From Hydrurus foetidus (lineage: Eukaryota): DNA of 37,132 nt. Position numbers and translations under genes: made by a program. Shown here in pieces: positions 1 through 11,085 of the stretch. Within the stretch, counting starts at the first letter, position 1. The number at the start of each line of letters is the position of its first letter. The stretch covers positions 1 to 37,132 of the forward strand of contig UYFQ01000319.1 of assembly GCA_900617105.1 (NCBI GenBank), given 5' to 3'. A model generated the notes under the pieces. That model saw only the letters and a program-made list of their open reading frames with translations. It did not search any database and was not told where the DNA came from.

Positions 1-1543
1 ACGCCGACGTGTTGATTCCAGACAGGGAGGGTTCCGAAAATTTCAGTTATATGAACTTCAACCCTCTCTCCGACAAATTTTATCATTCCGATGATTATGG
101 GTTCTACCAATCAAATATGAGAAACGTGGAGAAGTACTTTGTTGCTATCAGATACATCATGGAGCATCCTGACATACCATGGCGACTTTTACGTATTCTC
201 TCTCTGGCTATTATATACGACTTCATGTCATTCTGCGCTCAACTACTTCGTGATGCAGTGCAAATGCAAGCTGACGAATCTCAGACAAGAGCAAATGTGG
301 TATTCACATTGAATACATATCGATCCAATGCACAGTTCTTGGATCAGATAGTCTTCCACGATGCTTTCTCTGCAATCATCAACAACATCAAACCAATGCC
401 TCCAGCACCACAGTCTTATGCATTGCAGACAAGTCCAATCACGACATCATATTCACGTATGAGTGCCATCAACAGAGAGGACCTGCTCAGTGAGACGACT
501 GACCACACTGAAGAAAATGATGATGACAATGATGATGATGATGACGACGACGACGAGTACAGTGACGATGAATCAGAAGGTGATGACATAGACATGACTC
601 CACCGGGGTCATCATCTGATCATCACAGGAGATGCCAAGAAGACCTGACCCGATATAATCACCCATACGTGATGGGTCATAAACGCAGTCTGTGGGCGTC
701 AATCCAGACTGATACCAAGCGTCCAGCACGCAGGAAGATCATCAAAACATCAGATGACAATGAGTTCAAGGAGACACCTGGAACATCCAGCTCAATGCAT
801 GCTCCACCAATGCTTCAAGACCCTCCTCTTGTTAATGATGATATTGTTCCAGCACTTAAGACTGCTGGTGTACCTCGTATGATTGTATCAGTCCCATATC
901 CGATCAAGGAGGAAGAGCAGCAGCCATTGCAACTGGAGCATCCTCCCATGTACTCGACTCTCAGCAATCTACACAAGATATTTTGCATCCTCCAATGGCA
1001 GATCTGGCAACCCCTGAGCCATATCGAATGCGCACTCCACCAGCCAAATCACCATCAAGAGATTCAGTGTCTGCCACACGTCGTGCAAAAGCAAGAGCAC
1101 TGGCTGAGAAGAAGAGTCTCAACTTACTTACAGTTACAGACAAAGACAGCAAATTCATGTCATTCAAGAAGACAAGTCACAAGACAGTCATTGACAGTGG
1201 TGCATCTACATCTGGTACTGGATTGCGCAGCAGTCTCCGTGACCTTAGACCTACATCATGCAGTGTCTCAGCAGCTTTCGGGGAGACTGCCCAGCCTACT
1301 GAGATGGGACTACTCCCACCATTCATGCTCAAGACTATTGTCATCGACCAAATGAATGATACCACACTGCTCTCAGTGTCTCAAGCGTGTGCAAAGGGAT
1401 TTGTGGGCATCTTCACCTCTAAGGACTGCAAGTTCTTTAATGCGATAGATGTCATCCCACACCTTCAGACAATTTCAAAGACAGCTCACCCAGTTATGAG
1501 TGGCAAGGTAGAGGAAGGCCTCTACTTGCTGGACTCCAACTGA
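1..1543 (+). pseudogene. A1 unknown domain X (partial) + acidic/low-complexity linker + aspartic protease; 1-bp deletion at ~951
   Basis: ORFs 9-1355 and 983-1543 together equal the matching part of ORF 33328-35130 (atgtactcg vs atgtcactcg); protease motif VIDSGAST; GLYLL just before TGA 1541-1543. Confidence 0.9.
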
Positions 1544-4500
1544 GTGCAACCGGCTCAACTCTTGGTCACGAGTGTAAAGGAGCTTTCGATTTATGACCAC
1601 GTGCATCGCGTACTAGGACACCCTGGCGAAGAGGGTATGGCCTGGCACCGACAGCACACCATTGGAGCACACTACTCCAACTTGGATGCATCTACACCAA
1701 GACCAATATGCGCAGCATGCGTACAGGGCACGATGCGACAGACCTCTACGGACCATCTTCGTATACACCGTTTGCCATCTCCTTGCTACGGCAGTCAATT
1801 CTCACTTGACGCGTATACACATACACACCGGTCACAGGCCGGTTATAAGTACTGCGATATTATCACGGACTTATCTACAAGACGAAGTTATCCATGCTTC
1901 ACGAAAGACCGGGGAGCTGCAGAACTTGTTAAAAGCTTCTCCACCCTCTTCCAATCACATCCTGAGTGGAAGCCCTCGCTTCCAGGCGTAGACCGATTCA
2001 TCAGAGCCGATGCAGAGAAATCTTATCGGTCAGCTGAATTCCTTCAATGCCTACACAACTTCGGATATCGACTTGAGCCAACACCACCTCGCGACAAACA
2101 TGCAAATGGAATCGCAGAACGTGCAGTAGGCGTCTTATCGATGAAGTGCAACATCACCATGCAACCTTTAGGGATGACAGTACCACAGAAGTTCTGGGAT
2201 CTTGCCTTTGAGTATACATGCATCACCCATGCATTCAATTACCATTCAGCAATCAAGACATCACCGTATCATCTCATCACTGGAAAGCATGTAATCCTCA
2301 AGAACCTCAAGGCCTTTTGGAGCTTATGTTGGGTTCACATCGCGCTTGAAGATAGGAAAGGAAAAATCGGTTTTCCTCGTGCATACAAAGCCAGATTCGT
2401 TGGTTACGATTTATCGAGAACGCTCGAGCCTTGTTTTAAGGTCATCGAAATACTACCAACCGGAATCTTCGGCAAAATTAGGACAAGTAAGGACGTCATT
2501 TTCGACAAAGACAATAATTATAATTACACGGACGAGTACCCATCCGATCTTGACTTTTCTAATTTACACCAGAATATCAATAACGATATCTCTGCAGTCC
2601 TACCAGCTAACAAGGTAGTTGAAAAAGATTCTGAACAACAACTAGCAACTCCAGCTATTCCAATACACCCTGTACCTGTAATACCTTGCACTATTCAGAA
2701 TCGAACTCCTGAAAATCCTATTCCAGCGAAAATACATCCAAATGTCATTAACAATAACAAAATTGTTAATAAATCTGGATCGACTAATATCAAATCAACA
2801 AAACAGAATATACCGTTTGATCCAACACCAATTAGAGATACAAATAACAAATCCGACATCGATGATAATGACATTGGTATTAATACACCGATTCAAAACA
2901 TTGAAAATGACGATGCTGTCTACTGGTACTCTACTCATGTTAGAAATCACGAACATTTTCTCTCATTGATTGAAGCAAGTCATCACGAAAAACTATTCAT
3001 CAATTTCGATCAACTCAATGTGCCAAAATCATTCTGGAAAGCTATGGCTATACCTGAATGGAAAAACGCAATAGATACTGAATTAAAGAAATTCGAGAAG
3101 AACTCATGTTTACATGTAGTACCATACATTGACCAACACCTGGTACCAATGATGTGGCTTTTTAGTATAAAAATCGACGGTACGAAAAAGGCCCGTTTAG
3201 TGGGACGGGGAGATATGATGATACCACTCGTGGACTTCGACCCCGACGCCGTATACTGCGGAAATGTATCATCGTGTTCCATCAAGATGGCACTAAGCAT
3301 TGCAGCAGCATATGGACTAGTAATGAAAGGAGGTGACCTCATTGGTGCTTACCTCATTACAAGAGCAAATGTTAACTTCCCGGTGCACATAAAGACACCG
3401 CAGGGATACACTTGCCCACCCGGTTTCTGCTTTCAGGCTGTCGGCAATCTTTATGGATTCCCACCTGCAGGGCAAAACTTTTCCATAGAGTTCGATATTT
3501 GTATCTTCGAGTGTGGTTACAAGAACACACCCTGGGACCTCAAGTTCTTCTTTAAATGGACCACAGATGGTAGACCCATGCTTATCATCGCTCACAGTGA
3601 TGACTTCAGATGGTTTGGTCCTTCGGACAAACTTGATGAATGGGATCTGATCATCGCCACCTTCAATGCACACAAGTATGAAGTCACTGATGCAACTGAC
3701 AAGGAGTTCGTTGGTATTCGTATTCAGCGTGATGAGGATGGCACATATTATATGGATCAACATCGCATGATTGATTCAATAATAAAAGAGGCTAATATAT
3801 CTGGTGCAAAGGACATGCACTTACCATACCCGACTGGGGACCAAGAACCTGCATTGTCGAAACTAGACAACGCTTCTACCCCTGAGGAACGTATGCAGTG
3901 TATGAAATACCCGTACAGGAGGGTCGTGGGTCAACTAATGTACGGTATGGTACATACCATGGTCGGCATTCTGTATGCACTCAATGTACTATCCCGTTAT
4001 GGTAACAACCCAGGTCCCAGACATATTAAATTCCTCAAACACTTATTGCAGTACTGCAAGTACGCACGAAGTGATCGACTAGTGTTCCATGGACACGATG
4101 GACCCAGAGACATCGAGACTATGACAACGCTACTTCAACTCCGGTTTCAATGCGATGCAGATTTGGGTGGTAATCCCGACAATAGCCACTCCCAGACTGC
4201 ATACCTTGGATACCTCGGCCGTAACCTTATCTGCTGGTGTTCCACCGACCAAGGCAGCATATCAACATCAACGGCAGAGTCGGAAATCAAGGCTGTCAAC
4301 CACACACTCAAAGCAGAGGTCATAGCCAACAGAGGCATCCTAAACATGATGGGATGGGTCCAAGGTCCAACCTCTATTGAAGAAGACAACCAAGCCTGTA
4401 TATACCATTCTAAGGCAGCACACATGACACGCAACCTAAGGCACCTCGACCTCACCGAAAACTGGGTCAAAGAGAAGGTTGCTGATGGTACTTGCGTAGT

Positions 4501-4618
4501 TGTTAAAGTTAAATCGTGTGATAATAATTCAGATATTGGTACAAAAAGAGTTTCTCTACCAATATTTAATAAACTTCTAAATCAAATTATAGATCAGTCT
4601 CAGAGACGAAATCTTTAA
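1544..4618 (+). CDS. pol: A1 Pol: integrase-reverse transcriptase-RNase H, uninterrupted 1024 codons, in frame after TGA
   Basis: HRVLGH...CAAC zinc finger; FSLD / IRAD-x35-E (NGIAE) catalytic triad; RT KARLVGRG, NLYG, AHSDDF; RNase H CDAD, STAESE, EDNQAC, DIGTK. Confidence 0.95.
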   Translation: MQPAQLLVTSVKELSIYDHVHRVLGHPGEEGMAWHRQHTIGAHYSNLDASTPRPICAACVQGTMRQTSTDHLRIHRLPSPCYGSQFSLDAYTHTHRSQAGYKYCDIITDLSTRRSYPCFTKDRGAAELVKSFSTLFQSHPEWKPSLPGVDRFIRADAEKSYRSAEFLQCLHNFGYRLEPTPPRDKHANGIAERAVGVLSMKCNITMQPLGMTVPQKFWDLAFEYTCITHAFNYHSAIKTSPYHLITGKHVILKNLKAFWSLCWVHIALEDRKGKIGFPRAYKARFVGYDLSRTLEPCFKVIEILPTGIFGKIRTSKDVIFDKDNNYNYTDEYPSDLDFSNLHQNINNDISAVLPANKVVEKDSEQQLATPAIPIHPVPVIPCTIQNRTPENPIPAKIHPNVINNNKIVNKSGSTNIKSTKQNIPFDPTPIRDTNNKSDIDDNDIGINTPIQNIENDDAVYWYSTHVRNHEHFLSLIEASHHEKLFINFDQLNVPKSFWKAMAIPEWKNAIDTELKKFEKNSCLHVVPYIDQHLVPMMWLFSIKIDGTKKARLVGRGDMMIPLVDFDPDAVYCGNVSSCSIKMALSIAAAYGLVMKGGDLIGAYLITRANVNFPVHIKTPQGYTCPPGFCFQAVGNLYGFPPAGQNFSIEFDICIFECGYKNTPWDLKFFFKWTTDGRPMLIIAHSDDFRWFGPSDKLDEWDLIIATFNAHKYEVTDATDKEFVGIRIQRDEDGTYYMDQHRMIDSIIKEANISGAKDMHLPYPTGDQEPALSKLDNASTPEERMQCMKYPYRRVVGQLMYGMVHTMVGILYALNVLSRYGNNPGPRHIKFLKHLLQYCKYARSDRLVFHGHDGPRDIETMTTLLQLRFQCDADLGGNPDNSHSQTAYLGYLGRNLICWCSTDQGSISTSTAESEIKAVNHTLKAEVIANRGILNMMGWVQGPTSIEEDNQACIYHSKAAHMTRNLRHLDLTENWVKEKVADGTCVVVKVKSCDNNSDIGTKRVSLPIFNKLLNQIIDQSQRRNL

Positions 4619-4729
4619 ATAGCACTATACTAATTATGTTTTAATATTGTATTTGTCTTGATCACACATATACTATGTTAATTCTAATATTATAAAGGTA
4701 GCTCATAAGTAAACATGCATTATTTTACA

Positions 4730-4750
4730 CTACATCTTCACTACGGGGAG
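4730..4750 (+). promoter_or_regulatory. Polypurine tract and upstream conserved block of A1
   Basis: ctacatcttcactacggggag directly 5' of LTR start TGTCAG; same block at 17758-17778 with one mismatch. Confidence 0.8.
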
Positions 4751-5102
4751 TGTCAGACCACTTGATTCTATCAAGATATGTCTGTAGTAATATAGTTGCA
4801 AATATAGTTTCAAATATATACATGTACGTTATGCGACACGTACGTACGTAAGTACACATGCAGATATGATAACATGCACACGTACACACGTACTTACACA
4901 TGTTAGTGCATACTCATTTATGCATACGTACACACACGTACTCACACATGTACGTCCATATATAATATGTACGTACGTACGTACGCACACACGCATGTAG
5001 CATAGCGAACACCTGTATGGTCACGTACACACGTACACACGTACGTGCATATGTTAGTGCATACTCATTTATGCATACGTACACACACGTACTTACACAA
5101 TA

Positions 5103-7161
5103 ACGTAGAATTCGGATGCTTGGATTCCTTTTGTCTTAGGTTTGAGCACTCTCTACCCCAACCAATCCGATTGCCACATAGAGTTTTGGAATTCGAATTG
5201 TCAAATGGTGCTTCATTAGATTAAAGTAGAATTTCGTGAACAGGAAAAGAATTGAGTAAGCGTCGAACTATGACGGCTGAGAAGGGATGGAATCATGATT
5301 TCAATCAGCACCACTATCGCTCCCGACGTCAGAGTATACAGCACTTTCTACATCACTAGGATGAGGCTCATCAAATACATCTGGTACAAATACATTCGTT
5401 AGGTCTACTCCTTCAAGTTGCACTCAAAGCTGCATTTTAGGAGATCTAATATAGCTGAATAGACCATCATTAGCGAACGCATTTTTGATTGCAGCTCTCA
5501 TATCAGGCGTCTTGATAGCCTCTATGCCTCGCTGAACGAAGCCTGTCAGAAAAGGCTTGAGTGCTCCCATAGTAAGCTTCGGTGCAAAAAGCACTGCAGG
5601 TTGCCCACCCCTGAGGTGACCCTGAAACAGTTCCTCCATGTGGTCACGGTAACCATTTCGTACTCCATTTCTGAACAGCTTATTCACAACTGTATCACAC
5701 TCCTGAATTATGTCAGTACAACCGGCAGGGACAAAAAGGGGTACGATGTGATGCTTCTTCAGCAATTCAAGAACTGTGTTGTCCTTGTGGGTGAAGTGTA
5801 AATCGTGTTTCAGTATAGTCACTTGTTTTTTGTTAAAACCTAACCTTTGAATGGTAGCGTCTTTGTACGGCACAATGATGTCCTCTATGACAGCCAAATA
5901 CGTTGCGACTGACTGCCAATGAGAGCTTGTGTGAGTCCATACACAGTCCACAGGCTTTGCATGCTTGGGATGGCATCTGTCTGTCTTCCCCTCATATATC
6001 ATTTGGAACGGTAACACACCGCCACTTTCGGTAACGAATATTGTCGTCGTAATTTGGGCCTTGTCCTCACCCATCCCGAGCAATCTGACGCGTTTTGATC
6101 CCCGTAAATTCCTGGTGCGGTTGGCGCGGCTCACGAGTTGTACGGCAGTTTCATCTCCATTGATGTCAAGTTCCGGTGGAACTTGGTACTGATAGATCAA
6201 ATCAGCTGCTATTTTGAAGTACTTTTCTTTTTTGACCTCGAAGTCTGCAGAAATTTCCCTCATTTTTGTTGTCGCAACTCTTGACGCTATGTTGTGACGC
6301 TTGTAAAATCTAATTGCCCATGAGTCTGTGTATGAGTATGGCCCACCATTTTCTACCAGCGTATTCAATAGATTAGCCCTCGCCAGATGCACGACCAGGA
6401 ACCGCCAGAGCGAAACGTTGTCGACTGGAAGTCCAACATCACGTGCTTGTTGAAAGTCTTGCTTGACTAAATCATCAATAACTGTACCGTACGCAGGTAC
6501 CCTGACGCTACCGAGCTTCTTATTTGCCTTTGCATTCTTTTGCCATCGATTGACTTTTTTCTGGGACGTTTTCAACGTGAGTCCGATGAACTCTTCAGGA
6601 AAATTCTTAATCGCTGATCCGCTACCGAATGCGTTTGATTCTGCAACAATGTCCATCCAATTAGGTGGCCTCTTCGACCAAGTTTTTACGGTCTTTTGCT
6701 GTCGAGGCTCACTGGTATCAACATCATTGACAATATCATCAATTTGGTCTCGCACTAGTTCAGATTCTGTTCTTTCCACTCCCTCTCTTTGAGCCTCCAT
6801 TCTAACTCTGTTGTTGCTGGCTCTAGACTCCGCCAATCTCATCCTTTTAGCTGTCTGTCTGCTTTTGATTTCCTCTTTATTCCTAGCTACTTGGGCATCG
6901 AAATTCAAATCATCAACAAGCAGATTGATGAAATGTCTTCTACTGTCGACGGGTTTGAAGAAGTTCCAGATCACTTCTTGACTTTAAGAAGCTGACCAGC
7001 TGACGTCGACAGTACTTGAATGACGAGAAGCTTTATCGCTTACTTGGATTCTGGTTGTCTTGGGAAATCCAATGATAGTTTCTCCATGTATCCAGAGCGC
7101 CACTAAAGGTTCCAAAGTCGATTCCCCCAAGAACAGGAATCCAAGCATCCGAATTCTACGT
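5103..7161 (-). mobile_element. Tc1/mariner-pogo (Fot1/Passer-like DD35D) DNA transposon
   Basis: Perfect 27-bp TIRs ACGTAGAATTCGGATGCTTGGATTCCT (5103-5129 / 7135-7161); TA on both sides (5101-5102, 7162-7163); empty site ...aatatgtacg... in the LTR copy near 31007. Confidence 0.93.
5424..6974 (-). CDS. pogo-family transposase (CENP-B-type HTH + DDE_1), true ends uncertain
   Basis: SWAIRFYKRHNI HTH-like segment; NGDET...KHDLH-x-QECD with 35 residues between D2 and D3; GTG start and an acidic in-frame tail after the TGA suggest both ends may be disrupted. Confidence 0.88.
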   Translation of the reverse strand: MIWNFFKPVDSRRHFINLLVDDLNFDAQVARNKEEIKSRQTAKRMRLAESRASNNRVRMEAQREGVERTESELVRDQIDDIVNDVDTSEPRQQKTVKTWSKRPPNWMDIVAESNAFGSGSAIKNFPEEFIGLTLKTSQKKVNRWQKNAKANKKLGSVRVPAYGTVIDDLVKQDFQQARDVGLPVDNVSLWRFLVVHLARANLLNTLVENGGPYSYTDSWAIRFYKRHNIASRVATTKMREISADFEVKKEKYFKIAADLIYQYQVPPELDINGDETAVQLVSRANRTRNLRGSKRVRLLGMGEDKAQITTTIFVTESGGVLPFQMIYEGKTDRCHPKHAKPVDCVWTHTSSHWQSVATYLAVIEDIIVPYKDATIQRLGFNKKQVTILKHDLHFTHKDNTVLELLKKHHIVPLFVPAGCTDIIQECDTVVNKLFRNGVRNGYRDHMEELFQGHLRGGQPAVLFAPKLTMGALKPFLTGFVQRGIEAIKTPDMRAAIKNAFANDGLFSYIRSPKMQL

Positions 7162-7715
7162 TATGAACGTATGTACGATCGCCAATAGCGTAGTACATAG
7201 ATGAATAGGCGTACATGCGTAAGTAACCCTGTACTTACGCATGTACGTTCTTATACATACACATGCATACGCACTCCTATAATATCGCCATAATATAGCA
7301 GTTAGTACTCAAGCATGTACGTTCATATACATATACATGCATACGTACCCCTGTACTATCGCCATGTATCAGTTAGTACGAACCCTCTGACCTCACGCAA
7401 ATGAACGTTCGCCTTTCATGATTCTTCACTATCGCCAAAACACTTCGTTACTATAAGCATTCATGCAACGTTCCTCAAGCACATGCTATGAACAACACAT
7501 CTCGCTGTGAACTTTGTCTCAAGGTAGTTTCAATGTCATGAACTGTTCCGATAGCTCTTTTGCGTGGCTATCTGTAAACTCTAATCAGGATTTAATATGT
7601 TGTACTTCACCGCTTCGTCTACTCGATAACTCACTGAATTGAGACAATAGCCTGCAGCTGCTTCTCCACCTTCGCTGCGAACGCTAGAAGGTGACACATT
7701 GTATTTAGTCTTACA

Positions 7716-8210
7716 GCTAGTTGTAGCTGTATATAGCCATTTGTATAATCAACAACTAGCATGATAGGATATCATAAGTAAACACCTTTTGTGGATTGTT
7801 CTTGATGTGCAATGTGCACCAAGTCGCTTCCTCAATGCCAGTTCGTATCACGTATATTCCCATTGTTACACCGTAATAATCACAGATGTATAGTGTTTAT
7901 CTGGTACTTGGTACCAAAAGTCTAGCTTTTGGTACAAACGTCATATTTGCAGTTGGGTAGCTACTATCTCGCCTATACAACAACGCAGATGTAAATCTGC
8001 GAGAGCCAGTCAAGTTGCATGAGCATGACGTCTGAGATCTTATTATTGTACGGCAGGTAGAAATGATGTGCAACATGAATTTATGCTTTGTGGCCTCCGT
8101 GCCAGTTTCTAATTCTATATAAAACGAATTTACTAACCAAAACTTCCCATCTTCGTTTGGCCATCCACGATATGTCCTCCCGACTTCGTGCCAACGCTTG
8201 GCGACTCACA
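7716..8210 (+). repeat. B 5' LTR lacking first ~24 bp (displaced by A1 insertion)
   Basis: Matches 14679-15142; ends GACTCACA then PBS. Confidence 0.9.
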
Positions 8211-8222
8211 TGGTAGCGATTG
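8211..8222 (+). promoter_or_regulatory. Primer binding site TGGTAGCGATTG (probably initiator tRNA-Met)
   Basis: Directly after LTR CA; identical 12-mer at 30179 and 31559; TGGTAGC is the complement of eukaryotic tRNAi 3' ends (yeast Ty1 PBS starts TGGTAGCG). Confidence 0.8.
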
Positions 8223-8265
8223 AAGATTTCAAGACTTCAAAGATAGTTCAATAAATCCCTCGTTC

Positions 8266-10323
8266 ATGAAAACCATGGTCAAAGGAAAGAAAGGCCCCGG
8301 GCCATTCACGTCCGAAGAAGACGAAGAGCCTCCGTTGCCAACTCTTGACCCAGTAATACCTACTCTCCCCCTGATTCCTGCGTTAGAAATTGAGAAGCCT
8401 CCCATCGGTGATGTAATCGATGAGGAAAGCCCTCAATTCCGGGCAGCTTTAGATAGACGGATCGCTCAAATCCAGTTGCGAAGAGATGTGAGCCCGATCA
8501 TAGATAACCCGCTAGGGTTAATCGACATCGCGCCAAGGGTGGATCTGCCGTTAGGCGATCAATCCTCGTCTAGGAGCACTGAGATGAGATCGATTCTTCT
8601 AAACCTCTGTCCGAATAGTCCGATACCGTCCGATGATGATACGTCCATTAGCAGTAGTAAAATTTCTAGTAGATTGAATAACGGGGGAAACCCTTGCAAA
8701 AAATTTTCGCGCGAGTCTTCAATAACGACAAAAAAGGGTCGAAAGGACTCTAATAACAACAATAATGCTAAAATTGGATCGATGCCACGGCAAGCGGAAT
8801 TCCGGGATAAAGATAGCAGTAGCAGTGGTAATGAACCAGAGACTCAATATTCAAAGAAGAAACCATGTAATAAGATGGTAAAAAGAATACACTATCGACG
8901 GAATTCCACTGTCCTAATATCAGAAATAGGAAATTATGTCATAGATATAAATACGCCAGACTAATTCCATCGTCTGCGTATGTTACACTCAATACTGTCA
9001 ACAACGGGGTTACTTACTCTCATTGAAGGTCATCGTACCGAGCCAATAATGACAGAAGAAAATACTCATGGATTCTCAAATAGGAAGATTATATTAGTAC
9101 CTAGAATAGAATATGAGGATGAGAAATCGATAGACTCAATGTCATCGGATCCAATAGTTGAAAGAGTAGTTCTAGAGGAAGATGATACATTTCATTACAT
9201 TCATGATAATGATAGACTCTTTTCACTAGTATACATTATGTTCTCAAAAACTTTGCACCATAATATTTCAATACGAAACCAAAATTAAGAAACGGAATTG
9301 AGTCATACCGTGAAATGATCACTTCTATCTTTGGGCAAAGACAACAAGACGTCAAATTCGCGAGGAAAGCTTTGGACAATTACCAAATAAATCCAAGTGT
9401 TCATTTTAGATTAGAGTATTCAAAGTGGGAACAACAATTCTCAAATCTAGAACACGCACAGAGTAGAATGATGAATGACGTCGAGAAAATGGCTTGGGTA
9501 TCAGATCGGTTAGATTCTGACCCAAGACCTGAGATCGCTTTATCATTTGCGGCATGTGTCGTGAATAATACAAGTTATAATGAGTCAATGGGAATTATGT
9601 TAAGAGTCGCAGATGTAATGCCGCCTGAATCACCAGTCATTCGCATGGCGAGTAATATATCTTTCCGAGAAACATCAAGTAGTACTGAATATTCCCTCTA
9701 TCAAAATACAATTCAGAATCAATCTCAAGCAAAATTATCTCAATATCGAGCTCTGTCAAATCCTCCGCAAAATCCGGGTAAACAAACACAATATAATCCA
9801 AATTATAATTATGATATTAATAACAAAAATAAAATTCAAGATGCGAGATCGTTACCTGATAGTACTGGAGAGAATAAAAGACCAATTAAAAATGGTGGAT
9901 AAAGGTACTTGTAATAGGCCAACATGTAAATATAAGCATGAAATGAGTCCAGATAATGAAAATAAAACTCCACGACCTCAACCAAATACAATTCCATACA
10001 AAAAGTCAGTACAATTCGATCTAAGTCAAGCACAAATTGACTCAGTAGGACCAAAGATTGGTGACCCAAGTATACGGGGTGGATATCCAAAAGCTCAAAT
10101 CAAAAGATTAAATTGGATGAGATCACAGGACACTGAAACTGAATATCAAGTGCGTGCATTTTCAAGTTGGGGTAACCCTTCTGCACCACTCTATCAATCA
10201 AATGAAGATAGACACAATACATTAATGAGAGTGCGAATAACCCCCAATGATCAAATAACAATAAAAACAAATAGGCAAAATCAAGAATATAAAAATAAAG
10301 TTTACCATGGTGAATCAAAATAA
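8266..10323 (+). pseudogene. gag: B gag, fragmented
   Basis: LLTLIEGHRTEPIMTEENTHGFS...HDNDRLF aligns to A2 Gag LLTLAKGDRELPVITARNPGGYS...HDLDRLL; CNRPTCKYKH finger remnant at 9910-9939. Confidence 0.8.
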
Positions 10324-11085
10324 AATGAAAAGTTACCAAAGAGTCCTACTCCAAAATGTGCAAAATGAATATTCTGCTTGCTCTATTCCTCAAAGGGCCA
10401 TCAATGTCTCCATCTTGTTAGCAGAACAATACTACTTATTTCATTTATATGTAATGGAATATAATAGAAATGATCCTGCTATAACAATAGTTCCATATAT
10501 CTTTTTATTCAAAAACAGAAGAACGATTAAAGATAATCAAGAAAGAGGGAATCAATATACTGATCTTACCGGTTGGCATAAAGATCCATCTACTACACGT
10601 AGAAAGGATATTAGAACACCAACAGTTAAATGGATGCATCTAATGTATCAGATAGGAGCCACATTATTACAAGCATGTGTCATACTCCCGCCAGCTGATG
10701 AAAAGGCAGGCGCTCATCATTTTATGAAATTCAATCCATACTATATTGACGGGGTGACGGAAAAATACATTCCCTCAACTAGACCAGGACACTATTGGTC
10801 ACAAATGACTTGTGTCAGTGAATATGCAGAAGTAATTAAACGTCTTGATCAATACACAAAATTTAATGAAGTAATTAACAACACATTATTCATTGAAACA
10901 GTTCTATACGCAATATTATTTGACTTTGTCGCATTTGCCGGTCAACATGTTGAGTATTATCATGAGCAATCAACTCTTGATAAATAAGACTTCTTAAGAA
11001 AATCATTACAAGTAGATATCTTAAAAGAAAATGATCCATCATTTGTTATGTTTGAAGTTAGAGGTGCTTTCCTAGTAGTCTCTAG
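10307..11085 (+). pseudogene. B copy of unknown domain X
   Basis: Homologous to A2 ORF 33328.. (RKDIRT/REDVRT, MYQIG/LYKIG, MKFNP/MNFNP, AILFDFVAFAGQ/AIIYDFMSFCAQ). Confidence 0.8.

Larger units (their letters stand above)
1..7715 (+). mobile_element. Ty1/copia LTR retrotransposon family A, copy A1 (5' part outside window; 3' LTR interrupted by a DNA transposon)
   Basis: Domain order PR-IN-RT-RNaseH; PPT ctacggggag then LTR TGTCAG...CTTACA; 1-3547 is near-identical to 33596-37131. Confidence 0.95.
4751..7715 (+). repeat. A1 3' LTR (~0.9 kb; 4751-5102 + 7164-7715), split by the pogo-like element
   Basis: Aligns end to end with LTR 30646-31558; TG...CA termini. Confidence 0.93.

Noticed and set aside
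487..729. His/Arg-rich minus-strand ORF (also 34082-34315)
   Set aside because: Antisense shadow of the (GAT/GAC)n poly-Asp tract
945..960. Programmed frameshifts at ~951 (A1) and ~36293 (A2)
   Set aside because: Each is private to one copy and intact in the other: mutation or sequencing error
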